Assembly (NCBI GenBank): GCA_010015585.1 | Contig: ML975156.1 | Length of the DNA: 64,000 bases | Strand: one strand, 5' to 3' | Origin: Eremomyces bilateralis CBS 781.70 | Taxonomy: Eukaryota | Shown here: in pieces, positions 37,004 to 50,336 of the stretch | Layout of the letters: every line of letters starts with the position of its first letter | Numbering within the stretch: position 1 is the stretch's first letter | Notes under the pieces: model-generated | Seen by the model: the letters and a program-made list of their open reading frames with translations, nothing else | Database searches by the model: none | What the model was told of the DNA's origin: nothing | Made by a program: the position numbers and the translations under genes

Positions 37004-40000
37004 TCATAGAGGTGGGACCATCGTCCAAGTCGCCGCATCGCAGGATACTTCCTCGAAAGTATGCATCGGTTCAAAGCCCATAGCCGACAAGCCGTCATCG
37101 TTGCCATCGCTATCGACCTATGGCACAAGTCAGTTATTGGGCAATACCAAATCGAGCAGAACCATCCCAACGGAGTGCCAGATCCCGATCAGCAGCAAAC
37201 TGAACAAACAGAAAAATAGAACTTACAATATCAAGCAAACACGCATTACACCCTTGGCTCCTAAGCTGCTTGATGCCCAGCATAATCAACCCCTGCATCA
37301 ATGTCGAATACTCCGCTGCGCCAGGAAATATCACCGGACTCGAAATGCCGCCCGCAGAGTCGCCAAAGTCTCGCAACGCTGGCACGTACTCTGCTAGTCG
37401 CGAATGCGCATAATACAGCACCACCGTCCCCACGATTGCGTCATCCTCCGGCCTCTTCGCGCGGATGATGCTACACGCCGTCGGATCCGTTAGCGCCAAC
37501 TTATACACCTCTGCCAGCCCTTGGCGGTTGTTCGTCTTGATATGGTCGAGGATCGGCCCGGAGTACTCCCAGCCGTAGACGAGGTCGAAGTCTGCCGGCG
37601 CGGACTTGAGGCTTTTGGCGACGGAATCAGGGGCAGCCCATTCGCGGAGATTGCGCGCCACCATGCTGCACACTGGGCGGGACAGCGCGGTGTTCCAGCC
37701 GAGGTTGGCGAACCAGGTGCGGAGGCGCTTGCGCTCGGCGGAGTGGCCGCTGGGAATGCCGAGGAAGATGTTGGGGATGCGGGTGCCGAGTTGGAAGCGC
37801 TTGATACCGTCGCGCTGGAGGAGGGTGCGGATGGCACGGTTGTGCAGGCTGTGGCCGATGGACAGCTTTCGGCGTCCGGGGTCGACGAAGAGGGAGCCGA
37901 TGGCGCCGGTGCCGGTGCTAGTGAAGAAGTAGGTGGAGCAGAAGCCGTAGAGTGCTTGGGTACTGCTGTTCCGGACGACGAAGTGGGCTTCGATGACATC
38001 GGGGTTTTGTAAGAGGAAAGAATTCGACGTCGCTGATGAGAGTTCGGATCTCTGATTCGGTGGGCCTCCATGGCCTTCCACCACGGTTTTTATAAGGTTG
38101 TCTAACGCGTGAGAGTCCCGCTCTTCGTTGAATGCTTCTACGAGCCAATGATGCTTGCTCTGGTTCAGTTTCTGACTCTTGGAGATCGTTCCTGGTAGTG
38201 CGCCAGTTGGATTCAGTTCGCCATACAGCACTTTGACCAGTGAGTTCAACGCCGTTTCCGTAAAATCATAGGTACAGATGTATGTTCCGATCGTTGGATC
38301 CATAGCGAAGTCATACGGAGAGCTGACGGCGACGACAACAAGCGGCTTCTCGCGCTTCTCGCCGCCCGTGGAGTATTGCATGTTGCAAATCATCGCAACA
38401 TGCTTCGTAAAGCCATGCTGATAGAGGTTGCGATTCGCATCAGCTGTCAGGATAATTATTGCACTCGCTCGATTGATCAAGTTCTCATGGATCGGCCGTA
38501 CACCATTCGCGGTATAAGAAGTGTGTAATATCCGACCACTCCGCTGCCGAGCTAGTGAGCGGCCAAGCTCTCGAAACACTCGCTCGCCGCTCATGACAGA
38601 GCTACTCCTCTCCCAGGACGCTGGCTCTGGCGAACCAGCCACGAGCGTTTCTGATAGAGCTCGAGATGCTGCTGAAGCAGCGAGAGGCTTGACAAGCGGC
38701 GTTAGTAGCAACAGCTCTTCTTCGGCCTCGACAACATTAGAGAGGGGCAGTAGCCGATTCTTGTCTCGGACGACTGTGATGCTAGAGTTGTAAGCCCTCG
38801 TCGATAACGCTGTGTGAGATGGCTGAAGAGTCGACAGATAGCCGATGCCCGGTGGGTTCAACGCCTTTTCCCACGACGTGCATTTAGCCTTCATGTTAAG
38901 AACACGACGCAACGATTGCTTGATCCGTGCCTTGGAGATCATGGAATTTTCAATCCCAAGCTTCAAGCCAGCGATGGCCTCCTGCTGAACGGAAAACGAT
39001 CGGCATAGCAAGACCATATCACATCCCGCATTAACCGCCATGACCGTGCCGCCCTCGACGCCGATATTATGGCTGAGTGCTTCCATCTCCAAGCACTCGG
39101 AGACCACGACGCCATTGAACTTTAGGTCCGTCCGTAGAAGTCCGTCAACGACCTGATCGGACAAACAAGCATGCATGACGTTCAAGCCGGCTGAAGACAT
39201 GGCACATCCACCAACCATCATGGAATCTAGACCTTGAGCGATGGCATTGCGGAAGGGTATCAAAGCACTCAAGCTGAGTTGCTCCAGCGACTCTGTGATC
39301 AAGGGGACATCGAGGGAAGATCCAAGGAACTCAAGGTTGCCATATGAAGGGAAGTGTTTGCCTAAGGTGGCCAGGCCGACATCCTTATATCCCTTCATTG
39401 AGGCAACTCCATAGGATGAAACCTCTTGAGGGTCATCCCCTGCGCTCCTAACCCCCATTAGCTGGTTGCGGGAATTGGTAAGGACATCTAGGCACGGTCC
39501 GAAGATCCAGTTGATGCCACATGACGAAATCTCTTGGGCGGTTGCTTTCGCAACTTCATACGCCAACTCGCTAGACCCGGTGGCCGCAACGCCCATCGCG
39601 CTGGGGTACTGGCGGATATAAATCTCGTCGAAAAGGCTGTTGACGCCTCCATTCTCTTGATCGACCCCGATAGCAAGCGGAACCGGATGGCCTGCATCAT
39701 AGGCGCACTTCTGGAGCTCATACACTAGCTTCGTCGTGTCCTCGGCAGCTGCTGGCAAGTTAATATAGCAAACATGAGTGTCCGGGTGTCCGGGTGCCAG
39801 GGCATATATATGCTTCGGGAAACCGGGATGTAACTCACACTTCAGATTCTTTGCCGTCAATAAAATGGAACCTAAATGATGTTGCTGAATAAGAGTACGG
39901 ATCTGGGGCGTGACAGAGGTTCCATCAAATCCCATCATAAACAATTGGCCCTATACCTATTAGTCTCGCGTTCTGTAACCTCGCGGCGAAACGCTGCAAC

Positions 40001-40271
40001 CTGACATGCCATCACGCGCGTGCGGCAATCTAGGTCGCGATGAAGGAACGTACCAAAGTCCTATAATCGAATTCATCGTAAGTCATCGCGTCAATCCAAT
40101 GCCCAGGATGCTGGAACGCCGACGGTGCAGTGGAAACTGGGAAGAACTCCTGCACGGAGCCAATCCCAAACACCTTGGGCAATGTGCAAGTCATCCAACG
40201 GGAGCAGGAACGGAGTCTTACCGATCCAAATCGTCCCACACGGGATCCATCCGCTCTTCTTTCCCCACCAT
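37004..40271 (-). CDS. ngs1: GH3 beta-N-acetylglucosaminidase-like + GNAT fusion (Ngs1/Nag3-type GlcNAc sensor)
   Basis: GQLFMMGFDG, IGVDQENGGV, KHFPSYG, VSECLEM; C-terminal GNAT-like LFVDPGRRKLSIGHSL; first exon MVGKEERMDPVWDDLDR, 7-nt microexon 40054-40060. Confidence 0.9.
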
Positions 40272-41097
40272 GGCGCCAGATCAATACGGTAGGCTTGCAT
40301 AGGGGGAGTGCGAGCTCAACGTTGCAGCGAAGAGTGACAGTCTGAACGACAGCGATTTCGGTCGTTCGAGAGGACTAGGGTGGCGCTACGTCGTATCGCA
40401 AACTTGCAACAGCACGAAGGCGGGCGAGAGGGTGAAATGCAGCCCTACCGATATTGGCATGTTGTAGCGCAATCTAGGGCGTATCGACTATCAACCGCGC
40501 GTTCAAGAAAGATGATTTCTGAAAAAGATATCGTAGGTCTATTCAGCGTCTCCAAGCGCCACCGTTTGTTCGGGCTTCAGAATCATGGGGTTGCATTCGC
40601 AGCATTATTCCTATCTGACGCCACGATTTGTTATCGAATCGGCTAGTCCGCTGGTTGGGGTCCAGTTGGGGGCGGGGAAAGCGACAAATGTGGCGTAATT
40701 GAAATTGCGACGAGTCGCAGCAGACCGGGAAGATGTCCTTCGTCCCGATGATAGTACAACCCCGGATTCTTTTCCATCTAAATTCCATGTCACCATAAGA
40801 GATGACGATAGATGAGTGGGGTGTAGATAGATAAGGTACCGGTACTCAAGAATGCGACACCTACAGTTGATATCCACATACAATTGCTCCATCGGTCAGC
40901 AGGCAGTTGGACGTAACATTCGACGTCACCGAGGCGATTTTCTATTGCAACATCGCCATTCTTAGGTAATGGCTATTGGTACGGTATATACTATGCATTT
41001 CCTTCGCTGCGAATTCTTGCTGTTCCTCTTTCGTTCATTCGTGTAGGGTAGAACCTACACGAATCGTTCCTCCAATAGTACTTGTTTGTTCATCGAT

Positions 41098-42631
41098 ATG
41101 CCGGCCCAAGTTCTCCCTTCTGAGTCTTATGCGAAGAATGGCGTCGTAAAACTGACCAACTGCCGCGTTGTTCGTAGCGATCGGCTTGTTGAAGAAGATA
41201 TATGGATGAGCTCACAGACGGGCAAGATCTTGAATGGGCAACGAGAGTTCTTCGACAGTCGAACAGAGCCGGATGAGACGGTTGACTTAGGAGGCCGGAT
41301 CGTCTGTCCTGGCTTCATTGAGACCCAGCTCAACGGTGCATTTGGTTTTGACTTCTCTGTCGTGCCAGAAAATCTGTCAGACTACAGCAAAGGCCTGGCT
41401 CACGTCAACAACCTGCTGGCCAAGACAGGTGTAACATCCTATTTGCCCACAGTGACAAGTCAACCTGCCAGGGTCTACCAAACGGTAAACCGGAATCTAA
41501 GACTCCAAACTATCGAGGCCATATCCTGACTTTATGCAGGTCTTACCTTTCCTCGGACCCAGTGGTGCCCTCCGTTCTCCATCTATTGGTGCCGAATCAC
41601 TTGGAGCTCATTGCGAAGGGCCCTTCATAAGCCCCAAGCGGAACGGCATCCACTTCCTTTCAAACATCCTAGATCCAGCTTCCGGGATCTCCTCCCTTGA
41701 GTCCTGCTATGGAACCGATAATCTCCAGGCCTCCACCACTCCTATCAAGGTCATCACCCTCGCACCTGAACTCCCCAATGCCGTTCCTGTCATCGAAGAA
41801 CTATCTGCGCGTGGAATCATCCCGTCTATTGGGCACACGGATGCCACCTACGAAGAAGCCCTTGCTGGCATAAATGCGGGAGCAAAAACCGTTACTCACC
41901 TATTCAACGCCATGCGACCACTACACCACCGCAATCCAGGTGTCTTCGGTCTACTTGGCACCGCTCCATCTGCACTCGCACACTCGATCGACCTAGGTTC
42001 AGATACTCCCAGCGCTCATCACGACCCACCTGCCCATGAAACGTACACGAAGCCATACTTCGGCATCATCACTGACGGCATCCACGTCCACCCCAGCGTC
42101 GCAACCCTCGCCTACTCCTTTCACCCCGACGGCATGATCATCGTAACCGACGCCATGCCTTTCCAGACCTACCCCGACGGCCTCTACCCCGCCCCCTACG
42201 GCTCCCACATCCGCAAATCCGGGAACGTGCTCACGCTCGAAGAGTCATCCCGCCCCGCGGTTCCGAGTGGCAGCACCTCACCGGAATCGGGAAGCCCGCC
42301 CGCCACGCCGGCGGAGGGGGTTATAGCACCCCGAACCAGCTTCGCGGAGACGCAGGGGCGGCTAGCGGGGTCATCGAGCTCGTTGATTGAGTGTGTGGAG
42401 AATTTCTGGAATTGGGTCGGGCCGGAGGTGTCGTTGGCGAGGGTGTTGGCTACGGTGACGTCGACGCCGGCGAAGATGTTGGGTTGCTATGGGGCGAAGG
42501 GATGTCTTGAGCCGGGCGCGGATGCGGATGTGGTGGTGTTGAAGGGTGGGTTGGAGAGGAGTGGAAGGAAGACGTTGAGGGTGGCTGAAGTATGGAAGTT
42601 TGGCGCGCGGGTGCATAAGGGCGACGTCTAG
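41098..42631 (+). CDS. dac1: N-acetylglucosamine-6-phosphate deacetylase
   Basis: PGFIETQLNG, GVTSYLPT, HCEGPFI, SIGHT, THLFNAM, DGIH, VTDAM, RLAGS; one intron ~41484-41540; divergent from ngs1. Confidence 0.95.
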
Positions 42632-44259
42632 AAGACAAATTCCGACCCAAAGTTTCTCTATGATAGAACCTCATATGGGGTAATGACGTGACTATTTAGA
42701 GAACCTAACTTCCCTGTGCAAAGTAGAATTGGGGAAGCATGCTAATTGCTATCATCATGTATATTGATGTAATCATTGGAGAGCGGGTATGAATTGAACA
42801 ATGGGATTATCAAGCAGGTTCGATAGGTACGGAATGAATGCCCTCTGGACTACCATCCCATCGCCTCCAGCTGGTCCATGGAACCGCAATATCATTTAAG
42901 ATTGGCCATGATCAAGCATCTCGAGGACGATTGGCTTCGACCACCACATTTCCAAGGCTCATCTTACACTCGTCCTCCATGCCCCAAAATAGAGTGCCTC
43001 CGCCTCATGGATACACGTATCGCGGGACGGGCGACAGGGGAAATCCCCAACGTACTCCTAGGTTACCGAGTCCCGACTATCGAACCCCACCTGTGGCATG
43101 GATGGTGAAAATGAAGGGATAGGTTTCATTCCTTCGGGTGTGTTCCGGGAAGAAGGTGAGAGGTACCAGATGAACGGATCTTGGAGAAGTACACCGACGA
43201 TGAATAGGTATCATAGTTGAGAACTACGCAAAAGCAACAAACTATCTTAGGACTTCTCTGATTCCAACATTGGATTTGTGAAATGGTTGCTGCTTGTTTG
43301 AAGAGAGCGGATTTCGCTCAGCGGCCAGACATCTGCCATAGGGTGCCGATGGTACCTCTACCTACAAGCAAGTACAGTACTGACATACAAGAGAGCCCAG
43401 ACCAATCCATGCAGGATATAAACCGCATCCGACTCATAATATCATAGGATCAATCCTCGCAATTGGCCAGCAGATTATGAAGTCCAGCCTACCGGTCTCA
43501 GGTCTCCCACGCCACCATGCTTGCGTGACTTAGACCGCTCGGTCAGCCGATGAACCGCTGCACAGCAACAATGCCAAGATCAGCGCATGCAGATGCATGA
43601 AATTCGATTTATCTGGAAGCGACGAAGTGTATACGAAAATAAGCGGGTATAAAAGCCAACTACAGAGGCTCACTACTACGAAAAAGATGGCTGAACGACC
43701 AATGGACGGTGGGCGTTTATGGAGCGTTCGGATTTACAGGGGGCAGCAATATAAATCTCATTTATGCGATACTCGGCCTCCATGTCACCCCTCAACCTCA
43801 TCTCATTTTCTCCTCACTAAGGGCACAGAACCCATGGTACAGGAACGCCCGTTTCTTCCTCGCTAGCTAATGGCATCGGTCCGGAACCTGGCGGCGTTTT
43901 AAACATATTCGCGCTCGGGTTGAGGGCTCCTTCCAACGTCAGGATTCGGTAGGCATCATGGCGGTCGCATCATGACATGGAGGCGCCAAGTCTGCAGGAA
44001 CGTGAAATCGTCACGCCTGTCAGACAAATCCAAGAGGAAGCTCATTTTAATAGTAGGCAAGGTCATGGTACGACGGCGGCTGTCCCCATGAGGGCTTCAG
44101 GGCGTGGCCAGCAGATAAAGTACAAAGGGCTTCACGAAGGCTCATATCTCTTGAAGTTCCTAGTCTTCACAAGTTCAAGGCATTCTGGTCCTTATCCATT
44201 CCTTCTTTGCGTACGATTTTGCAAGTCAAATTCAATTCAGTCCTTCGTTTCTATTCACC

Positions 44260-46145
44260 ATGATTGCTAAGCCAATCGTTCTTTCCGCGCTTGCGTGTAG
44301 CGCGGCGGCTGCTCCTACGTTCGGCATGTTAAGCCGCCTCGGTGGTGGAGGTGGTGGAGGTGGTGGAGGTGGTGGGGGTTTTCCCACTGGCGGACATGCT
44401 CACGGCGGCCACGAGGGCTCACCCGCAGGGGGGAGCGGTGGCTTTTCGTTGCCATCAGGTCTGCCCTCTGGAGGCAGTGGTGGATTGGCTGGTCTATTAG
44501 GTGGTGCGGGTGGTGCCTCTGGTGGTGGCCTGCCTTCGTTGCCTTCAGGCACTCCCTCATCCGAAGACTCCGGTAGCGGCTCTGGCAGCCCTGCATCCGG
44601 ACTAGGTGGCCTGAGTGGCGGTTCAGGTGGTCTGTCAGGATTGTCTGGCTTGCTTGGAGGTGGTGCGGGTGGTGGTGGTTTGTCAGGATTGTCTGGCCTT
44701 CTTGGAGGCGGCGCTGGTATGTACACCACTTCCTTGGTCCATCGAATTGGTCTAACAATTCCCAGGTGGCTCCGGCCTTAGCGGTCTCCTTGGTGGCCTT
44801 GGAGGTGCCGGAGGCGCCGGAGGCGCCGGAGGCCTCGCTGGTCTCAGCGGAGCAGGAAGCACTACAGATGCACCCACGACAACCGAAACCAACGAAGCTC
44901 CAGCCTCAGCGGGATCTTCTTCTCCTGCCCCCGCCGGGGAATCATCCGGAGAGTCTAGCGCGCCCGGTGGGCTCAGCGGTGGCGCCGGAGGCTTGAGTGG
45001 ACTTAGTGGTAGGCTTTGATCAAAGTCATATTCTTAGACTCGACTGACTGGGAGTAGGATTACTCGGTGGCGCCTCTGGTGGGTCTGGCGGCCTAGGTGG
45101 ACTTAGTGGTATGCCGATTGAGATTATATAGTTAGACATGACTGACTGTTACAGGATTACTCGGCGGTGGCGCTGGCGGCTCTGGCGGCTCTGGCGGCTC
45201 TGATGGCCTGGGTGCGCTTAGTGGTATGCTGAATGAACTCATTAACCTGGACTCGACTGACTGAGAGTAGGCCTGCTCGGCGGTGGCTCTGGTGGCTCTG
45301 GTGGCTCTGATGGCTCTGGTGGCTCTGGTGGACTTGGCGGTATGCTTGACTGAATCCGGATACTTGGATTTGACTGACAATAACAGGCATGCTTGGTAGC
45401 CTCGGTGGTTCCAGTGCATCCGATATCAAGGAAAACGGCGAATGTAAATCAGTCGCCCTGATCTTCGCTCGTGGAACTGGTGAGCCAGGCAACATGGGCT
45501 TCGTCGTTGGTCCCGGCCTTGGTAGCCAGCTCAAGACGGCTTTGAACAATGATGTCATGCTCCAGGGCGCGGACTATACCAGTGAGTCACATAAAAGCCG
45601 CGATGGTGGAATTATTCTAAGACATATACAGCCGACTTCAGCGGCGGTGGTGCTAAGGATATCATCGCCACTACTCAGCAACTCAAGTCACGATGCCCCG
45701 ATACTAAGGTCGTCCTCGGCGGATACAGCCAAGGTGCCATGCAAGTTCATGACGCTCTGGGCCAGGTCGGTGGTGATGTCGCTGTAAGTGTCCATGGCAG
45801 AGTTCATCCATACTTCGTACTAACGAACATTAGGCCGCGGTTACCTTTGGTGACCCCTATAGCTCAGTGGGCTTCGGTGGTGGTTCCAGCCTCCTCAGCG
45901 GCTTCATGGGTGGCGCCGGATCCGGCGCCGGATCCGGCGGCGGCTCTGGCGGCAGCTTCAACGCCGAGAATGGAAAGGTGTTCTGCTCCACCGGCGACTT
46001 CATCTGTGGACTCATGCCCGGCGGCAGCGGTGGTTCCACCTCGTCTGGCTCTGGCTCTGGTGGCCATCTTTCCTACTCTAGCGATGGCAGTATCCCGGAA
46101 GCAGTGAAATTCATCGTGTCCAAGGTTGGCGGTGGAGCCGCGTAA
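44260..46145 (+). CDS. Secreted cutinase (CE5) with long Gly/Ser/Leu-rich N-terminal extension
   Basis: Signal peptide MIAKPIVLSALACSAAA; CKSVALIFARGTGEPGNMG, GGYSQGA nucleophile, FGDP, FCSTGDFIC, HLSY; about 7 introns. Confidence 0.92.
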
Positions 46146-46537
46146 GCGCTTGACAGATGTTTGCTTCGGTGTCAAAGATAGTGAGGAGGCTGGGTAGAAT
46201 CACTTGTATTTCTAGGCGCTGTGAGCATTCTAAAGTCAATATTAAACTTGCAGTCGACATATATCAATTCTCTTAACTAGGCGTCATCCGGTATTAACAG
46301 GGCATAGCAATAACTTTCGAGATAAACAGGAAGTGGTGAAAGTTGTAGCGAGTGGATCTATTCACCTTCGTACTGGCCTTTGACCTCCCAACAGCAGTAC
46401 CAGTAATATCGGCAGAGTAGTGTACTGTATACCTCATGTATGCCTTATACATATTCCATGGGTAGGTAAGTATCCAACCATGCACTTCGTATAACCGTCC
46501 CCGAAATCGGCGCGATCCACCAGTTTGGGCCTCAATT

Positions 46538-48207
46538 TCAACTTCGGCGCTTGACACGACATGGCCAGCCGTATGGGACGGCAGTGAATTTCGCCTTAAA
46601 TGTCCAGCTCTGCCCTGGGTTCACTTGTTCAATGTCAAAGTCACGAAGCAGAGTCGCTGTGACTTTCGACACCTCCAAATGTGCTAGGTGTCGCCCGGGA
46701 CATTGGTTGTATCCCGCTCCGAACTTTCACACGCTGTCAGACTCCAGTCCTCAGTTTCCAAGACAGGTAGCACTCACTGTCATAAAATATTTGTCCATGG
46801 CCCTCCAGCGTTCTTGATCCAGCCAGCGATCCGGATTAAACTTGTCCGCGTCTTGTCCAAAAATTTCCTTGTTCTTGTGGATCACATGAGAATTTACACT
46901 GAGGATTGTCTATTTGAAATTCATCAGCTCAGCATACAGGTTCCCATGGATGATGGGCGTAATCACTAACCCCTTCAGCAAAATGTCGGCCAGCTATTGT
47001 AACGCCCTCTTTAGGCGCAACTCGAGGCAGGCCAAAAGCCACTGGAGGGAAGTGACGGTATGTCTCTTTGATCTGTCTCCTCGTCAGGTGAAAGTCAAAA
47101 GCTTGGATCGAAAGTACGCACACATGCTTGAAAATATGGCAACTTCTGAGTCTCCGCGTAGCTTGGAACATCTGACAGCTCGCCCATACGAGCGGACGCA
47201 TCGATCTCGGCACGAACTTTAGCCATTGCTTCCGGGTTTCGCAATAGGTGGTAAAAGAAGCTTTGTAACGTCGTGCTTATGGTATCTGCTCCAGCGCCGA
47301 CATTGACCACCGCACCAGCAAGAAGTTCCTTCTCTTCCATCCGATCGGGATGGGTCCGACGCGTCTGGAGCCACTGTTCTATCATGTCTTTGCGGGCATC
47401 GGGGTTCCGTTTCCGAGCATCCACGGCCGCAAGGGCGGTATCGAAGATGTGATTGCTAGGAGCGAGATTGAAATAGTTGATGAGTGGGTTTGCCAACAGG
47501 ATATCGTGGAGCCAGTAGTAATGACCAATTACTGCGATATACAGTGCCAGGAATTGGGTGTTCGCAACTGCGCCTCCGATATCTTTGCCCTGCTCGATGA
47601 AACCGAATGCGCGGGAGAAAGTGACTTCTCCTACCACATCGAAGCCAAAACTATTGAGTTAGTATCGATTCATAACGATAAGGGTGGTATATGCTTACAA
47701 GTTAAACCAGTGGTCGAAATTGATCTCCTTTCCAGCCTTTGTATACGCATCGAATTGGGCTTCCAATTTCCCCACCAACGCATCGATATACGGCTCGGCT
47801 TGAATCACATTGCTGAATGCATACCCTGAAGCGACATTACGCTGTTTTTGTATATGTCGCTTTGGATCCAATTCTCCCATTTGGTTGACATATCTTCTAT
47901 CAGGAAGATTGAAGATCTGGTACCACGTCGCTTTTCGCAACGGGGCAACCAACAGCGCTTTGATTGCCTCCGGATCGCTGACGCTGACTTCACGGTGGCT
48001 AATTCGCACGAATTTGCCATATTTCTCATGTGCCTTGAGTGTTGCTGCCTCTGTATGGCCATCCCACACATGATACAGCTGCCAGAGTTTCGAGAACGAA
48101 GCCAGAAAAGGTCCTGGGATGTCGGAGACGGAGGAGAAATACCGTCTTCGTACACAAACACCGAATACGAAGCAGGTTGCGCACAGCGCGATCCATTGAG
48201 GGATCAT
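46538..48207 (-). CDS. Cytochrome P450
   Basis: N-terminal anchor + IPGPFLA, I-helix AGADTIST, KETYRHFP (ExxR), FNPDRW, heme motif FGAGYNQCPG; several introns. Confidence 0.95.
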
Positions 48208-48419
48208 TGCAAGCTGACGGGGTGCCGTATCCAGGCAGGATTCTGGATGTTAGATTTTGGACTGCGGAATGCGAAACACCAGCCTGACACGGTTCCACGA
48301 CAGAAGTGAGGACGAGTGAGCCCTGTCAGAAATCAATCCCAACTGAATGGATTACGGAGGGGACTGGGACTCAATTCAGGTTAGCGCACCCAAGTCCGTG
48401 GGGGTTGAGGGTCCGCGTT

Positions 48420-48683
48420 CCTCGGGCCCCGAGAACCGGTCCCGTGTCCGTCGCCTCGGGTTGCGGCCCGGACCCCTTTACCATATTTCCCCAGCTCGAC
48501 TATGGATATGCAGCCTACCCTTGATGTTCAGCTATTGTGCGTCAGAGAGTTTGAAACTGGTATCGGTCCGCTATCATCTTATTGTGCAACGTTGAAGCAG
48601 AGTTATAGCCCAATGCGAGAATCTTCCTTATCCCTTTGGCGCGAGCAGTAGAGCCAATGAGTCCATTGGCCGTTGAGCCGAGG
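48420..48683. promoter_or_regulatory. Three CCTCGG/CCGAGG motifs (FarA/CTF1-type) upstream of the P450
   Basis: Exact hexamers at 48420-48425, 48454-48459 and 48678-48683. Confidence 0.45.
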
Positions 48684-50336
48684 CGGAGAGCTAGAAATAT
48701 CAAAAAACCGAACTCACCTTTCAGCGATGACGGGAGCCTCAAGGAAAATTGCACCTCTCATGACACGGTCTGGATGCGCAAGATCTGTGGTTACCAAGTT
48801 CCATTAATCTAAACTAAAGAGAGAGAGAGAAGAAATCTCCCGGCACCTTTGTGCGCGAGATAGCGACTCTCCTCTCCAATGCCCTAATGCTGTGTTACCA
48901 TGTTTGTTTGCTTCTCTGATATAATCCACCCACGTCTTCAGCCACAACTAACGGAACAGGCCGCAGGCCTGGGACCATAACATCTCATGCACCTACCGCT
49001 GCTGATTCAAAATACGGAAATACCACACCACAGCTAGCGATGACTTACGGTGCAAAGGTTGTATTTCAAGATTTTCGTTTTTATTGTACAGATGCATATC
49101 TGTCGCCCCTTTCCTTGTCAGTTGTGTCGATTTGAGTTTCAATGAAACCATTCCTCATGTGGCGGGCCATGTTCCAAAGACCTGGACTTTCACAAACCCA
49201 GCAGTCAATCCGGAACGTACATTCATTCCGATATTCTCGAGAGCTATGATGTTTCATTTTGCGGTCAGATTGCGCGACTCTGCCCGTGTGTTGCCTTCAA
49301 TACCTGCATCCACTGCGGATATCTCAAGAGCAATGCTTGCTAACAAGTCATCAGTCATTGAGCGGTCTCCAGTCAAAATTTTCCGCTCCGTCATGTCCAG
49401 ATATAGCTAGCGTACTATCATGACTAGGTGTACAGTATACTTGTCCGATTCTCTCTCCTTGACTACCACAGTTGTGGTCAGCACCCCTGAGACGTCCATA
49501 GCGTTCACACCACAACTTCTTATACGACTGAGATCGCTGTCGTAAGCACGGAGTCTCGAACTGTCACACTCCAACCTCCTGCCAGCCGTGGTCAGTCAAC
49601 GCTACCTACATCTCTCATCGTGGGCTGCGGCGAGGATCTCTTCCGCTTGCTTGGAGATCGCCACGTGGACTGAGGCCGAGCCGGTGCCGACTTCTACTGA
49701 GACGGTCTACACTGTCACCATGCTGTCAGGAGGCTACGAATGCGAAAAGTGCGCTTTGCTATCGCCCGTTAGAGGGGCTCTGATTAGAGACAATCAGAGG
49801 AACACAGTATCGAATGGCAATACCCGAGGCCTTGATTGACAAGTAATATTTATTTTTTGTTCGGAGTAGAAAATTATATCATAAAGTTGAGTCATCATAT
49901 TCTCCTTTCAGATTCAATATTATGTGGTATGCCTTGGTGGAAGGTATGACGTGCAAGGAATGGTGTCGATCTAGGCGAACAATATTACCATACTGTACTA
50001 TGGTATACAATGCTTGAGATTCGAGGTTTACCTATTGTAAACATGACAAGAGGCTGTTACTACGAAATGACCTAATGTCGAGGGCCAAAGGCAAATTTTC
50101 ATAATAATCGGGTTTCCGATGTGGCCACCATACTTAGAAGGTGAAGTCAATACCGTTCTATTTGTTGAGGTATTGATGGCTACTGCATCATCCTGAACGC
50201 CGATGCGCATAACTAAGGCAAGTATTGGGTGCAACCTTAAAGTATCCACGAGGAGCTTGCGAGGTCCAATATCCTTTCTTCAAGCTACCTATCCGCAATT
50301 AATTCAAACCCCAATTGTTGATATTTATTACACGCA

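Noticed and set aside
40272..41097. Ndt80-type CRCAAA sites in the ngs1/dac1 promoter
   Set aside because: Only an isolated hexamer match was noticed, expected by chance.
42838..43210. Protein-like fragment downstream of dac1
   Set aside because: Short, stop-interrupted, no recognisable family.
49130..49400. Protein-like minus-strand stretch with stops
   Set aside because: Could be a pseudogene shard but no motif supports it.
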